Assembly: GCA_963693095.2 (NCBI GenBank) | Contig: OY843768.1 | Span: forward strand, 1,792,001 to 1,856,000 | Length of the DNA stretch: 64,000 nucleotides | Reading direction: 5' to 3' | From: Cenarchaeum sp. | Lineage (GTDB): Archaea; Thermoproteota; Nitrososphaeria; Nitrososphaerales; Nitrosopumilaceae | Part shown: piece by piece, positions 17,806 to 27,798 of the stretch | Layout of the letters: the number at the start of each line of letters is the position of its first letter | Numbering within the stretch: position 1 is the stretch's first letter | Notes under the pieces: generated by a model | Seen by the model: only the letters and a program-made list of their open reading frames with translations | Database searches by the model: none | Told to the model about the DNA's origin: nothing | Program-made: the position numbers and the translations under genes

Positions 17806-20800
17806 TTAGCGAGCCTTTCTAGCTATTATCTCCCGAATATTGTTGACTATGCCAGGAATGTCCTCTTTGGACATGACGGTTGATCGGAGATCGCCGTTAT
17901 AATAGTGACCACGATCTGAAATGTCTTCAACAGCTTTTGATAACGGAATTACGCCGTCTGTTATTTTACAATTGTATGTCACGTATATTTTATTATTAAG
18001 CGCCTCTATTCCACATATTCCTATGCTGTTTATGCCATTTTTAGAAATTATCCTAAAAGCTCCGTATACGTTTGTCATGTGGAATTTTAGACGGCTGTCA
18101 ACATTCAGGATTTCTTCCTTGAGTGCATACCATAAATCTTGAATGTCTTTTTCTCCAAGGTGTTCTAATTCTTTTTCTGTATCTGCGCCACTGCCGTCAT
18201 CATGTGGAATCCCGTATCCCGCAGGACACTTCCATAGTCTAACGGCCTGTTCAGCAAGATTCTTGGCTCGGTCTCTGATCCTCTCTTCATTCCAATAATC
18301 TCCCTCTGTTAGGCTTACGCTAATGTTTAGTTTACTATCTTTATAGACACGTTGTTTTTCTTTAAACGTCATATTGCCTAGTTCCTGATTGTGCCCTGTC
18401 AGTGTAAGATTGCCGATCGTATCCTTGTATTGCTCATGTATGCTTTCCCAGCTCTCTCCTAGGCTTGCTTTCCATTTGTCGGTGAGTGTATTTGGCATGA
18501 CATGTTCTATTTGCAAATCGCTTGTTGAGACTCTTTCTTTGGAATTTTGGTGCTCTAGCCGCTCAAGCACATACTTGCAAACATCGGGTCGGATATAAAT
18601 TTGAAAAGTTAGCAGCTTTCCTTTGAATGCTGGGTCACGCGGAAACGGAGAATCCTTGTTTTTGTTCATGATCGCCTTTTCGATGCTTTTGACATAATTA
18701 TCGCCGTCAATGACTGACAATAACTGAGGAAATATTTTGTTCAACCCTTTGTCGGTTTCACACACCTTGCAGCGAAGCAAATAACTGTCCACAAATTGGA
18801 AAATGTCTATAACGTCTTTTTCATTTATTTCATTACTTGCATGATCTGCTAGTATCTTAAGTAACAACGGATTTGCGACATCCGCGTTATAGCTGCGTAT
18901 GTTTCTGATGCATTTGCCTATGGCAGACGGATCACTCTTTGGATGTATTAGCCGATCATAGTGCTTTGCATACTGGCTTATTCTTTTAATTTCAGCTTCT
19001 ATATTGTGCTCGTTGACATATTTCTTGAATTCTGCATATGTGTTGTTTTTTGATAAATGTGTTTTCTTTTGCACCATCAGATAATATTGGAAAAACTTAT
19101 CCATTTCTTTCTCACTAACAAAAAGTTTTTCTGTAGGTTCCCAATAATTCTTGTAGATTTCTTTTTGTTTATCAATGTCATGACTCATCAAAACATATAC
19201 TGACGAGCAAAAGTTCGTGCCATGATCAAACTTTCCCGACCCGCATGCTATATGGATCGCCCCTCCCCACGCCCTGCATGGAAGGCCAAGAGCTGGAAGC
19301 GTTCCGCAGGGCACTCCGCGACGAGAGGGACGGCGACGTCAGGTACAGGTTTGCCGCGGTCAACATGCACGAGAACCTGGGGATGACGCGCGAGGAGGTC
19401 GCACTTGCGCTCGTGCAGTGCCCCAGGTGGGTCGGCAAGTGGGTCGCGCGCTACCGGAGTGGCGGTGTCGAGGCCCTGCGGGACCGCCCCCGCCCCGGCA
19501 GGCCGCCGCTGGTCGCGCGGCAGAAGCTTGGCCGCCTGATTGGCCGAATGCCCGGGCGCGTCACGCCCGCAGAGGTCATGCTGGAGATCGAGCGGGCCAC
19601 CGGCGTGAGGTTCCACATGTCGCACGTCAGGAAAATAATGCGCAGGGCCGGCCTCTCCGCCAAGCGGACGCGCCTGGTGCACGTGAACAGGGCCGACGGG
19701 CCGACTGTCGCCGGCTGGCGGCGCCGGGTGCGGCGCGAGATAAGGCGCCTCAGGCGCGCGGGATTCACCATCGTAGTGCAGGACGAGACCATCGCCGTGC
19801 ACGGCGCAGCCGACGGATCAAAGTACTGGTCGCGCGTGGGCGTCCCCGTCGTCGCCCCGTACACCGGGGGACACAGGAGGGTCGTGGTGTACGGCGCGAT
19901 CTCCACTGACGGGAAGCAGATCTTCCGGGTGCACGACAGGTTCGATGCGGAGACGTTTGTCGCGTTCCTGCGCGACATGCACAGGAAGTTCGGCAGGGTC
20001 GCCGTGATCGTCGACAGGGCGCCGCAGCACAGGGCCGCGGCGGTGAAGGACTATCTTCGCGCCCACAGGGCGGTGAGGCTGATCGAGCTGCCCACCGGCT
20101 CGCCGTACCTCAACGCGATCGAGGAGGTGTGGCGGCAGGCAAAGCGGGCGCTGCTGGTCTCCGAGCACTACCCCACCATGGTGGATATGCGGACGGCGGT
20201 GTCACGGCACTTCAGGCACACGAGGTACCGGCTCGACGTGATGGCATACCTGGGCCGGACGTCGCTGGAATGCGGCACGGACTTTTGATCGGCAGTATAG
20301 TTTCTTATTAAATCAGTTACATATAGATCCATTCCTGTGGAATTCATGCTTTCAAATATTGCTTGCGGGTCATCATCATTTGTTTCTATGAGTATAGACA
20401 CGGCAGTAAGCTTGCAAAACCCTCGCCAGATTATGTCGAGATTGTTTTTATTCATTTTCGCGTCTCTTTCTATCATCTCTTTTAGATAGTTAAAATTCGT
20501 TGCAACCCCATTCACTTCGTCTGTTTCTCCTTTGTCAATTATGGCTTGTAGAGTCACATTGTCTTTTTTAGACGCTATCAGTTTGTAATGCTCTTCTCCT
20601 TGTTCTGACTCGTTAAGCAAAACCTGCTTAATTTTATTGGTCAATTTTGTATCTGTGTTACCAAGTGAATGCATTAGAGTTGCTAAAAGTATCTGCAAAG
20701 TTATGAGCCGTTGCTGCCCATCGATTATCTGGTACTTGTGAATCTCCTCTGCACGAGTTGCAACGCCGACATATGTTATTGCTCCAATAAAATGATTCTT

Positions 20801-20950
20801 GCCGCCTTCACTTGCTCCGGCCTTTTTTATATCATTGTACAGCTGCACGCAATGCTTTCTTTCCCATTCGTATGACCGTTGATAAAGTGGAATGCTAAAC
20901 TGTACCTCATGATCCAAAAATGCCTTTAACGTGGTATTTCTTGCTTCCAT
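17806..20950 (-). pseudogene. GmrSD-like type IV restriction gene (DUF262 + DUF1524 HNH + C-terminal domain) split by IS630
   Basis: IPLYQRSYEW, IIDGQQRL and IFESMNSTG (DUF262); IEHVMP and IGNLTL...N (DUF1524). Removing the IS restores in-frame DLIRNY|VLMS. Confidence 0.88.
19198..20297 (+). mobile_element. IS630-family element (1100 bp); transposase ~19278-20288
   Basis: DDE motifs VQDET, IVDRAPQH and LNAIEEVW. 23-bp terminal inverted repeats with 3 mismatches. TA duplication at 19196-19197 and 20298-20299. Confidence 0.95.
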
Positions 20951-20967
20951 TGCGTCTAGCCCTGTGC

Positions 20968-20978
20968 GGGGGGGGGGG
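20968..20978 (-). repeat. C11 homopolymer between the TATA box and start codon of the GmrSD-like gene
   Basis: Minus strand reads TAAATATA-C11-GCACAGGGCTAGACGCA-ATG. Confidence 0.8.
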
Positions 20979-21242
20979 TATATTTACTATTCCCTAAAAT
21001 CCGCTCTGGGCGCCCATGGTATTTCTAATGTGCGTACTAGGCACGGATGCGCCATTTCAACGTCACTGAATAGATGTGCCTGACGTACAATAGTTTGGTT
21101 TACCCTCACAAAAATCATATAGTACAGCAGTCAATCTCTGCGTGACAATGGGGCACACTAGCATACCGTCTCATATGCGCCGAACGGCGCAACGGCCGAA
21201 AACAGATTCTAGGCTAGCGCCCAACCGTGGTGTTCATACATA

Positions 21243-22511
21243 ATGTGGGACTATTGGCTTGATGAACAGCACGGCGGGTGCGATCCCGGCTGCGCCTCGC
21301 CACTGCATAGGGTCTATGCGGCCCACATGGACTCGTCCTCGCCTCGCGGACAGCTGACAGGGCTTGACAGGACACTCGTCTCGCTATTTGAGCTTCGCGT
21401 CTCCCTAGACATCGTTTTAGAGGAGACGACGAACCTCACGTTGAGCACGTCTGATGAGGATCATCACCTGATAAAGTCGGGATTCCAGTACATGGCACTT
21501 GACTTTCACAAGTTTAGCGGACTGCACAAGCGTCTCGTCGGCCATCTTGATGAGCGAGAAAGACTCTCCGTCTCACACCTGTCTCCAATTTTAGAAGAAG
21601 TGCATAAACTCACATCTGGCATGCAAGACCTGAGCCATGACGTTGTTCATCCCGGCAGTGGCCTGTTTGGGGTTCTAGACGAGCTTGATGCCAACGGCGT
21701 GCCATTAAAATCAGCCCCGGAAAACTCGTTTCTCGTTTGCGCCCACCTGATCAACACGTTCATTGACGGGCTAATGCACGCAATGCCCGGCCAGTTCTGC
21801 GCAGCCCTGTCCAAGATTCCCTCAGACATGCCGATCAGGCTGTATGACCATAGCGGGATTTCTGATAGGGTGGATGCATATATTGCGCAACACCCCGTGC
21901 GCTGTGTTGACTATGGTCAGCTGAAAGACGGCTCGCGCCACATTGCGTCTGAGCTGGTTCGGGTTCGTTGGGCACTGCATGACGCATTGGGAAGGCACAA
22001 GCTGCAAAACGACGTCCTGTCAGGGGATAACCAGCTCTCGCCCCTGTGGAATCGCCTAGAGCGCCACAAGATACTCAACTGTGTAAAGCAGATGGTCATC
22101 GAACTCTGCATCCTTTTAGTCCTGCATGACAAGATGCGCAGCGCAAGCCCCGCGCCGCCGGCCGATGACGCCATTATTGGAGATCTCTTGGCTCACAGGG
22201 GTGCCATTGGGCGGCTCCGGGATCTAGCCGTGCTCCAGAACGGCGATGCCGACGGCGAGCCGTTCTCTGCAGTGCTCGAGGAGACGCTTGGCTATGATCA
22301 GCTGATCCTCCTGGTGTCTGCGGCCTCGGAATGGGCTCGCATAAACGTCAATCATTACAGGGAACGATGTGCCGAATCTGCGCAGATACCCGACCTGCCT
22401 GCCCCCGTTCGCCGACTTGACTTTCTGGCCGCCGAGCGTGACGCTGCGCTATATCGCGTGAGGGCGCACAATGCGCTTGAGCGGCTCAAGATTCCGGCGA
22501 TGGTCAGCTAG
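21243..22511 (+). CDS. ~420-aa family paralog 2 (putative tandem degenerate HEPN)
   Basis: MWDYWLDE start, LSHDVVHP, IGRLRDLAV and LKIPAMVS end. Confidence 0.75.
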   Translation: MWDYWLDEQHGGCDPGCASPLHRVYAAHMDSSSPRGQLTGLDRTLVSLFELRVSLDIVLEETTNLTLSTSDEDHHLIKSGFQYMALDFHKFSGLHKRLVGHLDERERLSVSHLSPILEEVHKLTSGMQDLSHDVVHPGSGLFGVLDELDANGVPLKSAPENSFLVCAHLINTFIDGLMHAMPGQFCAALSKIPSDMPIRLYDHSGISDRVDAYIAQHPVRCVDYGQLKDGSRHIASELVRVRWALHDALGRHKLQNDVLSGDNQLSPLWNRLERHKILNCVKQMVIELCILLVLHDKMRSASPAPPADDAIIGDLLAHRGAIGRLRDLAVLQNGDADGEPFSAVLEETLGYDQLILLVSAASEWARINVNHYRERCAESAQIPDLPAPVRRLDFLAAERDAALYRVRAHNALERLKIPAMVS

Positions 22512-22613
22512 CGGCCAGGGCCGCCGCGCACTAGGACGCCATGACTTTTTAGCCACTCCAGTCGCACGCGCCGCCGTGATCGCGCACTGGTGGGACGCCG
22601 GAGGCTGTCCATA

Positions 22614-23897
22614 ATGTGGGACTATTGGTTTGACGACTCACCGGGCGAGTGCGATTCGGAGTGTGGTCCAAAGTGCATCTCGCCCATACACCGGACATAT
22701 GCCGCATACATGGCGCCACAGCCAGTCCCGGAGCCGCTGAATGTCCTAGACGCCACACTCGTCCGCATGTTCGACCTCCGCATTGCGCTTGACTTTGTCT
22801 TGAGCGACACGATCAACCTCACATGGAGCTCGTCTGACAGGGGTCACTACCTGATAAGGTCGAGGCTTCAGTACATGGCCCTTGACTTTCACACATTTGG
22901 TGACATGGCCGATGGCCTAGTTGAGCAGCTCGACGAGGCTAGACGAAACTCGATCTCGCACCTCCTCCCCGTCCTGCATAGGGCGCACGAGCTCGCATCT
23001 GGGATGCCAGACATGCGCCGCAAGGCTGTGCGTCCTGGCATTGGGCTGTTTGGAGACGTAAACCGGCCCAACGGCAACGAGTACGTGCCCCCATTCGCCG
23101 ACGAGGAGTCGTTTCTTGTGTGCGCAAACCTGGCACTCACGTTCATCGACGGACTCTTGTACGCGATTCCCGACACGTTCTGCTCGGCGTTATCCAAGAT
23201 CCCGCCCAACGGCTCTACGGTCAGTCCGTGTGACCATGACTCGATCTCAAAAGAGTCGTCCTCGTATATGGAAAAAAATCCCATACACTGTGTTGACTTT
23301 GACCGGATGGGCAAGGACGCGCCACGTGTGGCCACAGAGCTTATCAGGGTCAGGTGGGCACTGCGGTCAGCCCTTGACAGGCACAAGTTGGCGTGCATTG
23401 ACATTGCGCTTCCAAACCGCATGTCGCGGCTGTGGAACACGCTCCTGCGCCCAAAGCTGGTGCTTTGCGCAAAGCAGGTCATAATAGAGCTCCACACGCT
23501 TCTTGCCCTATATGACACGATGCGCAGCGCGGGCTGCACGCCATCTCTGGATGACGCCATTGTCGGGAACTTGCTAGAACATAGAGATGCAATCACACGC
23601 CTGCGCAACACGGCAGTCAGCCGGGACGATGCTGCGGACTATGAGCCGTTCTTTGACCTGATCGAGCGCGAGATTGGCCACGAGAGGCTGATCCTCCTCG
23701 CGTCTGTGGCCCACGAGTGGATCCTGGCAAACTCCAACCACTATCAGGAGAGATGCGCCGGATATGCGCTAGTGCCCGACCTGCCCGACATGACTAGGCG
23801 CATCGACTTTTTGGAGGCTGCGCGCAAGGCCTCGTTCTACCGCGTAAAGGCCAAAAATGCGCTCGATCGCGTCAAGATTCCTGCTATGGCCCACTAG
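22614..23897 (+). CDS. ~420-aa family paralog 3
   Basis: MWDYWFDD start (assigned by paralogy), MRRKAVRP and ITRLRNTAV. Confidence 0.75.
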   Translation: MWDYWFDDSPGECDSECGPKCISPIHRTYAAYMAPQPVPEPLNVLDATLVRMFDLRIALDFVLSDTINLTWSSSDRGHYLIRSRLQYMALDFHTFGDMADGLVEQLDEARRNSISHLLPVLHRAHELASGMPDMRRKAVRPGIGLFGDVNRPNGNEYVPPFADEESFLVCANLALTFIDGLLYAIPDTFCSALSKIPPNGSTVSPCDHDSISKESSSYMEKNPIHCVDFDRMGKDAPRVATELIRVRWALRSALDRHKLACIDIALPNRMSRLWNTLLRPKLVLCAKQVIIELHTLLALYDTMRSAGCTPSLDDAIVGNLLEHRDAITRLRNTAVSRDDAADYEPFFDLIEREIGHERLILLASVAHEWILANSNHYQERCAGYALVPDLPDMTRRIDFLEAARKASFYRVKAKNALDRVKIPAMAH

Positions 23898-23919
23898 AGG
23901 CCAGGGTCGCCGCACCCGC

Positions 23920-24032
23920 ATGTATGGGGCCGGCACCCTTGCTCATTTGGCCATAGGCGTGATCCTATCGATCTACTTGCCACTTCGGTGCCTGTTTAGG
24001 CATGAACGGGCAGAGGCGTTGACCTCATACAT
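23920..24032. repeat. ~113-bp imperfect inverted-repeat element, homologous to 3736-3856
   Basis: Arms ATGTATGGGGCCGGCACC and GGCGTTGACCTCATACAT. Loop contains ATAGGCGTGATCCT. Confidence 0.6.
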
Positions 24033-24257
24033 TTCAGTCCATCTGATGCCTAAAATGATCCTCTGTTAGTCTCTTCGCATGTGTGTAATTTGAGAGCTGA
24101 TCTGCATATTCCTGCTACGTGAGGAGATACACACTTCGCGCTGTCACTGAATTTTTATGGTGAATGTTCGCGGCAGATTTTCAAGATACGTTCCACTAGT
24201 CATGTGGTGTGCCTAAACCCGTTATTCTCAGGCGTTGGAGTGGAATGCAAGGGCTGA

Positions 24258-24800
24258 CTATGATGTCTGTGATCTTTCCTTGCCGATCTTTTTCCAGAGG
24301 ACGTATTGTGGTTCATTCAAAAATATACTTATCATCTCTTCTGTGCATGTCTTGGCGGTACGGAGTGTGTTTTTGAGACTATTTGTGCTATAGTTTACCG
24401 GCCACTCGTAATTCCCAGTCACCCCACTTGGTGTTATGCTGTCTATGCAGTGCGCTAGGTTGTTTCGCACTTCTCTTGCCTCTCCCACCTTTGCCAGATA
24501 CGTGTTAATGCCCTTGTGCTTGAGCTGCCTTCTAATACCATTGTATAGTTTCCTCCTACTCATATTGTGTACCTTGAGGACAGTCTTTTCACGTGCTTCT
24601 CCGTGCATGTTCGTAGGTGATTCTGTCTCGGTGGATGCAATATATGCGGCAATCTCGTGGTCTATTCGGCTGACGACGAGTATTATCTCCATGACAACCT
24701 CGAGTGTATGGCATTGCCCGTCCCTGTGCTTCTGACGGGCTCCTTTCTCGCCCATTGATCGCTCTTTCTCGTTCATGCCCTGCGCAACTCCACTGCCCAT
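24258..24800 (-). CDS. small putative HEPN-domain protein
   Basis: Canonical R-x4-H motif in VRNNLAHC within a helical protein. Lower GC than its neighbours. Confidence 0.6.
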   Translation of the reverse strand: MGSGVAQGMNEKERSMGEKGARQKHRDGQCHTLEVVMEIILVVSRIDHEIAAYIASTETESPTNMHGEAREKTVLKVHNMSRRKLYNGIRRQLKHKGINTYLAKVGEAREVRNNLAHCIDSITPSGVTGNYEWPVNYSTNSLKNTLRTAKTCTEEMISIFLNEPQYVLWKKIGKERSQTS

Positions 24801-25087
24801 TCATGGGATTGGATCTAGTTAAGTATTTTTGATCGCAGTTGTGGGGACTTGCACACTGCGCGTTGGGCGTGCCTCTCACGCCTTCAACACGTTAGCGATT
24901 CCTTATGTGTTCTTGGACAGTGCTGAGGGGCGCAGATCGCAATTTGCCACAGAAAAATATATAAGGTATTAACCAACTTCTGCGCAGCAATGAACTGCAT
25001 GACGTGGGGCTCTGCAGAGTCTGACTCGGACAACGGCTCGTGGACTGATGCCTTGATTCTGCCCGCCATCTTGGGGAGCTGTCCATA

Positions 25088-26359
25088 ATGTGGGACTATT
25101 GGTTTGATGAGCCACACGGCGGATGCGAGCCTGACTGCGCCTCGCCACTGCACAGGGTCTATGCGGCATACATGGACTCGCCATCACTTCAAAAGCCGCC
25201 AACAGAGCTTGACAGGACACTCGCCCACATGTTTGAGCTTCGCCTCCTCCTGGACCTTGTCCTAGAGGACACGAGGCACCTTGAGCTGACCACGTCTGAT
25301 AAGGATCACCACCTGATCAAGTCGAGATTCCAGTACATGGCACTTGACTTTCACAAGTTTGACAAATTGCATGGCCTTCTAGCCAACCAGCTGGATGAGG
25401 AGCAGAGAGCCTCCATCTCACACCTGTCTCCAATTTTAGACAAGGTACGTGAACTCACGTCTGATATGCCAAACCTGCGCCATAAGGTTGTGCGTCCCGG
25501 CAGTGGCCTGTTTGGGGTTCTAGACACGCTCGATGCCAATGGCCTTCCGGTAAAATGCGCCCCGGAGAACTCGTTTCTCGTTTGCGCCCACCTGATCAAC
25601 ACATTCATTGACGGACTATTGCACGCAATGCCTGACATGTTCCGTCTTGCATTCTCCAAGCTCGCCCCAAACGACATTTCTGTCGAGCTGTATGACTATG
25701 GATCGTTTCAGGACAAGGTATCCTCATACTTGAAAAAGAACCCTATACACTGTATTGACTTTGACAGTGTGGGTGCTGCCGCACCCCCCATCGCCTCAGA
25801 GATGATCAGGCTGGGCTGGGCACTCCCGGCAATTCTTGGCATGCATCAACTAACCATCCTTCTTCAGAGCGTGCCCCATAAAATGTCACAGTTGTGGATC
25901 AGGCTCCAGCACCAACGAATCACGCTTTATGCCAAGCAAATGGTCATAGAGCTCCATGTCCTTATTGCCCTGTATGACAAAATGTGCGCGGCAGGCCACA
26001 CTTTACTGACAGATGGCGCGATTGTCAAGGATCTCCTGGCTCACAGGGATGCCATTGGGCGGCTCCGGGACATGGCAGTGCTCCAGAACGGCGATGCGGG
26101 CAGTGGGCAGTTCTCTGAGGCACTCGAGCGAGATATTGGCCATGGGCGGCTTCTTCTCCTGGCCTCAGTCGCCTCAGAGTGGGTACGGAGCAACGCCGCC
26201 CATTATCGGGAGACGTGCAAGGGGTCTGCGCAGATACCTGACCTGCCTGACCCCGTTAGCCGACTTGACTTTCTAGCCGCCGAGAGTGACGCTGCGATAT
26301 ATCGCGCGAGGGCGCACAATGCGCTCGAGCGCCTCAAGATTCCGGCTATGGTCAGCTAG
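25088..26359 (+). CDS. ~420-aa family paralog 4
   Basis: MWDYWFDE start and LRHKVVRP. Nearly identical to paralog 5. Confidence 0.78.
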   Translation: MWDYWFDEPHGGCEPDCASPLHRVYAAYMDSPSLQKPPTELDRTLAHMFELRLLLDLVLEDTRHLELTTSDKDHHLIKSRFQYMALDFHKFDKLHGLLANQLDEEQRASISHLSPILDKVRELTSDMPNLRHKVVRPGSGLFGVLDTLDANGLPVKCAPENSFLVCAHLINTFIDGLLHAMPDMFRLAFSKLAPNDISVELYDYGSFQDKVSSYLKKNPIHCIDFDSVGAAAPPIASEMIRLGWALPAILGMHQLTILLQSVPHKMSQLWIRLQHQRITLYAKQMVIELHVLIALYDKMCAAGHTLLTDGAIVKDLLAHRDAIGRLRDMAVLQNGDAGSGQFSEALERDIGHGRLLLLASVASEWVRSNAAHYRETCKGSAQIPDLPDPVSRLDFLAAESDAAIYRARAHNALERLKIPAMVS

Positions 26360-26461
26360 CGGCCAGGGCCGCCGCGCACTAGGACGCCATGATTTTTTAG
26401 CCACTGTCGGCGCACCCACCGCCATGATCGCGCGCGGGCGGGACGCCGGAGGCTGTTCCTA

Positions 26462-27733
26462 ATGTGGGACTATTGGTTTGATGAGCCACACGGCGGATGC
26501 GGGCCTGACTGCGCCTCGCCGCTGCACAGGGTCTATGCGGCATACATGGACTCGCCATCGCTTCAAAAGCCGCCAACAGAGCTTGACAGGACACTCGCCC
26601 ACATGTTTGAGCTTCGCCTCCTCCTAGACATTGTCCTAGACGACACAAGGCACCTTATGTTGACCACGTCTGATCAGGATCACCACCTGATCAAGTCGAG
26701 ATTCCAGTACATGGCCCTTGACTTTCACAAGTTTGACAAATTGCATGGCCTTCTAGCCAACCAGCTTGATGAGGAGCAGAGAGCCTCCATATCACACCTG
26801 TCTCCAATTTTAGACAAGGTACGTGAACTCACGTCTGATATGCCAAACCTGCGCCATAATGTTGTGCGTCCCGGCAGTGGACTGTTTGGGGTTCTGGACA
26901 CGCTCGATGCCAATGGCCTTCCGATAAAATGCGCCTCAGAGAACTCGTTTCTCGTTTGCGCCCACCTGATCAACACATTCATTGACGGACTATTGCACGC
27001 AATGCCTAACTTGTTCTGTTTTGCCTTCTCCAAGCTCGACCCAAACGACATTTCTGTCGAGCTGTATGACTATGGATCGTTTCAGGACAAGGTATCCTCA
27101 TACTTGAAAAAGAACCCTATACACTGTATTGACTTTGACAGTGTGGGTGCTGCCGCACCCCCCATCGCCTCAGAGATGATCAGGCTGGGCTGGGCACTCC
27201 CGGCAATTCTTGGCATGCATCAACTAACCATCCTTCTTCAGAGCGTACCCCATAAAATGTCACAGTTGTGGATCAAGCTCCAGCACCAACGAATCACGCT
27301 TTATGCCAAGCATATGGCCATAGAGCTCCATGTCCTTATTGCCCTGTATGACAAAATGTGCGCGGCAGGCCACACTTCACTGACAGATGACGCGATTGTC
27401 AAGGATCTCCTGGCTCACAGGGATGCCATTGGGCGGCTCCGGGACATGGCAGTGCTCCAGAACGGCGATGCGGGCAGTGGGCAGTTCTCTGAGGCACTTG
27501 AGCGAGATATTGGCCATGGGCGGCTCCTTCTCCTGGCCTCAGTCGCCTCAGAGTGGGCACGGAGCAGCGCCAACCATTATCGGGAGATGTGCAAGGGGTC
27601 TGCGCAGATACCCGACCTGCCTGACCCCGTTCGCCGGCTTGACTTTCTGGCCGCCGAGCGTGACGCTGCTCTATATCGCGTGAGGGCGCACAATGCGCTT
27701 GAGCGCCTCAAGATTCCGGCTATGGTCAGCTAG
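26462..27733 (+). CDS. ~420-aa family paralog 5
   Basis: Tandem copy 1374 bp downstream of paralog 4, with LRHNVVRP. Confidence 0.78.
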   Translation: MWDYWFDEPHGGCGPDCASPLHRVYAAYMDSPSLQKPPTELDRTLAHMFELRLLLDIVLDDTRHLMLTTSDQDHHLIKSRFQYMALDFHKFDKLHGLLANQLDEEQRASISHLSPILDKVRELTSDMPNLRHNVVRPGSGLFGVLDTLDANGLPIKCASENSFLVCAHLINTFIDGLLHAMPNLFCFAFSKLDPNDISVELYDYGSFQDKVSSYLKKNPIHCIDFDSVGAAAPPIASEMIRLGWALPAILGMHQLTILLQSVPHKMSQLWIKLQHQRITLYAKHMAIELHVLIALYDKMCAAGHTSLTDDAIVKDLLAHRDAIGRLRDMAVLQNGDAGSGQFSEALERDIGHGRLLLLASVASEWARSSANHYREMCKGSAQIPDLPDPVRRLDFLAAERDAALYRVRAHNALERLKIPAMVS

Positions 27734-27798
27734 CGGCCAGGGTCACCGCACACGTGAAACGCCATGACTTTTTAGCCACTGTCGCCACACGCGCCACC

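Noticed and set aside
20990-21110. Imperfect hairpin between the GmrSD-like gene and paralog 2
   Set aside because: Short gapped arms and no second copy.
21243-27733. Diversity-generating retroelement behind the near-identical paralogs or twin TRDs
   Set aside because: No reverse transcriptase, and the differences are not adenine-specific.
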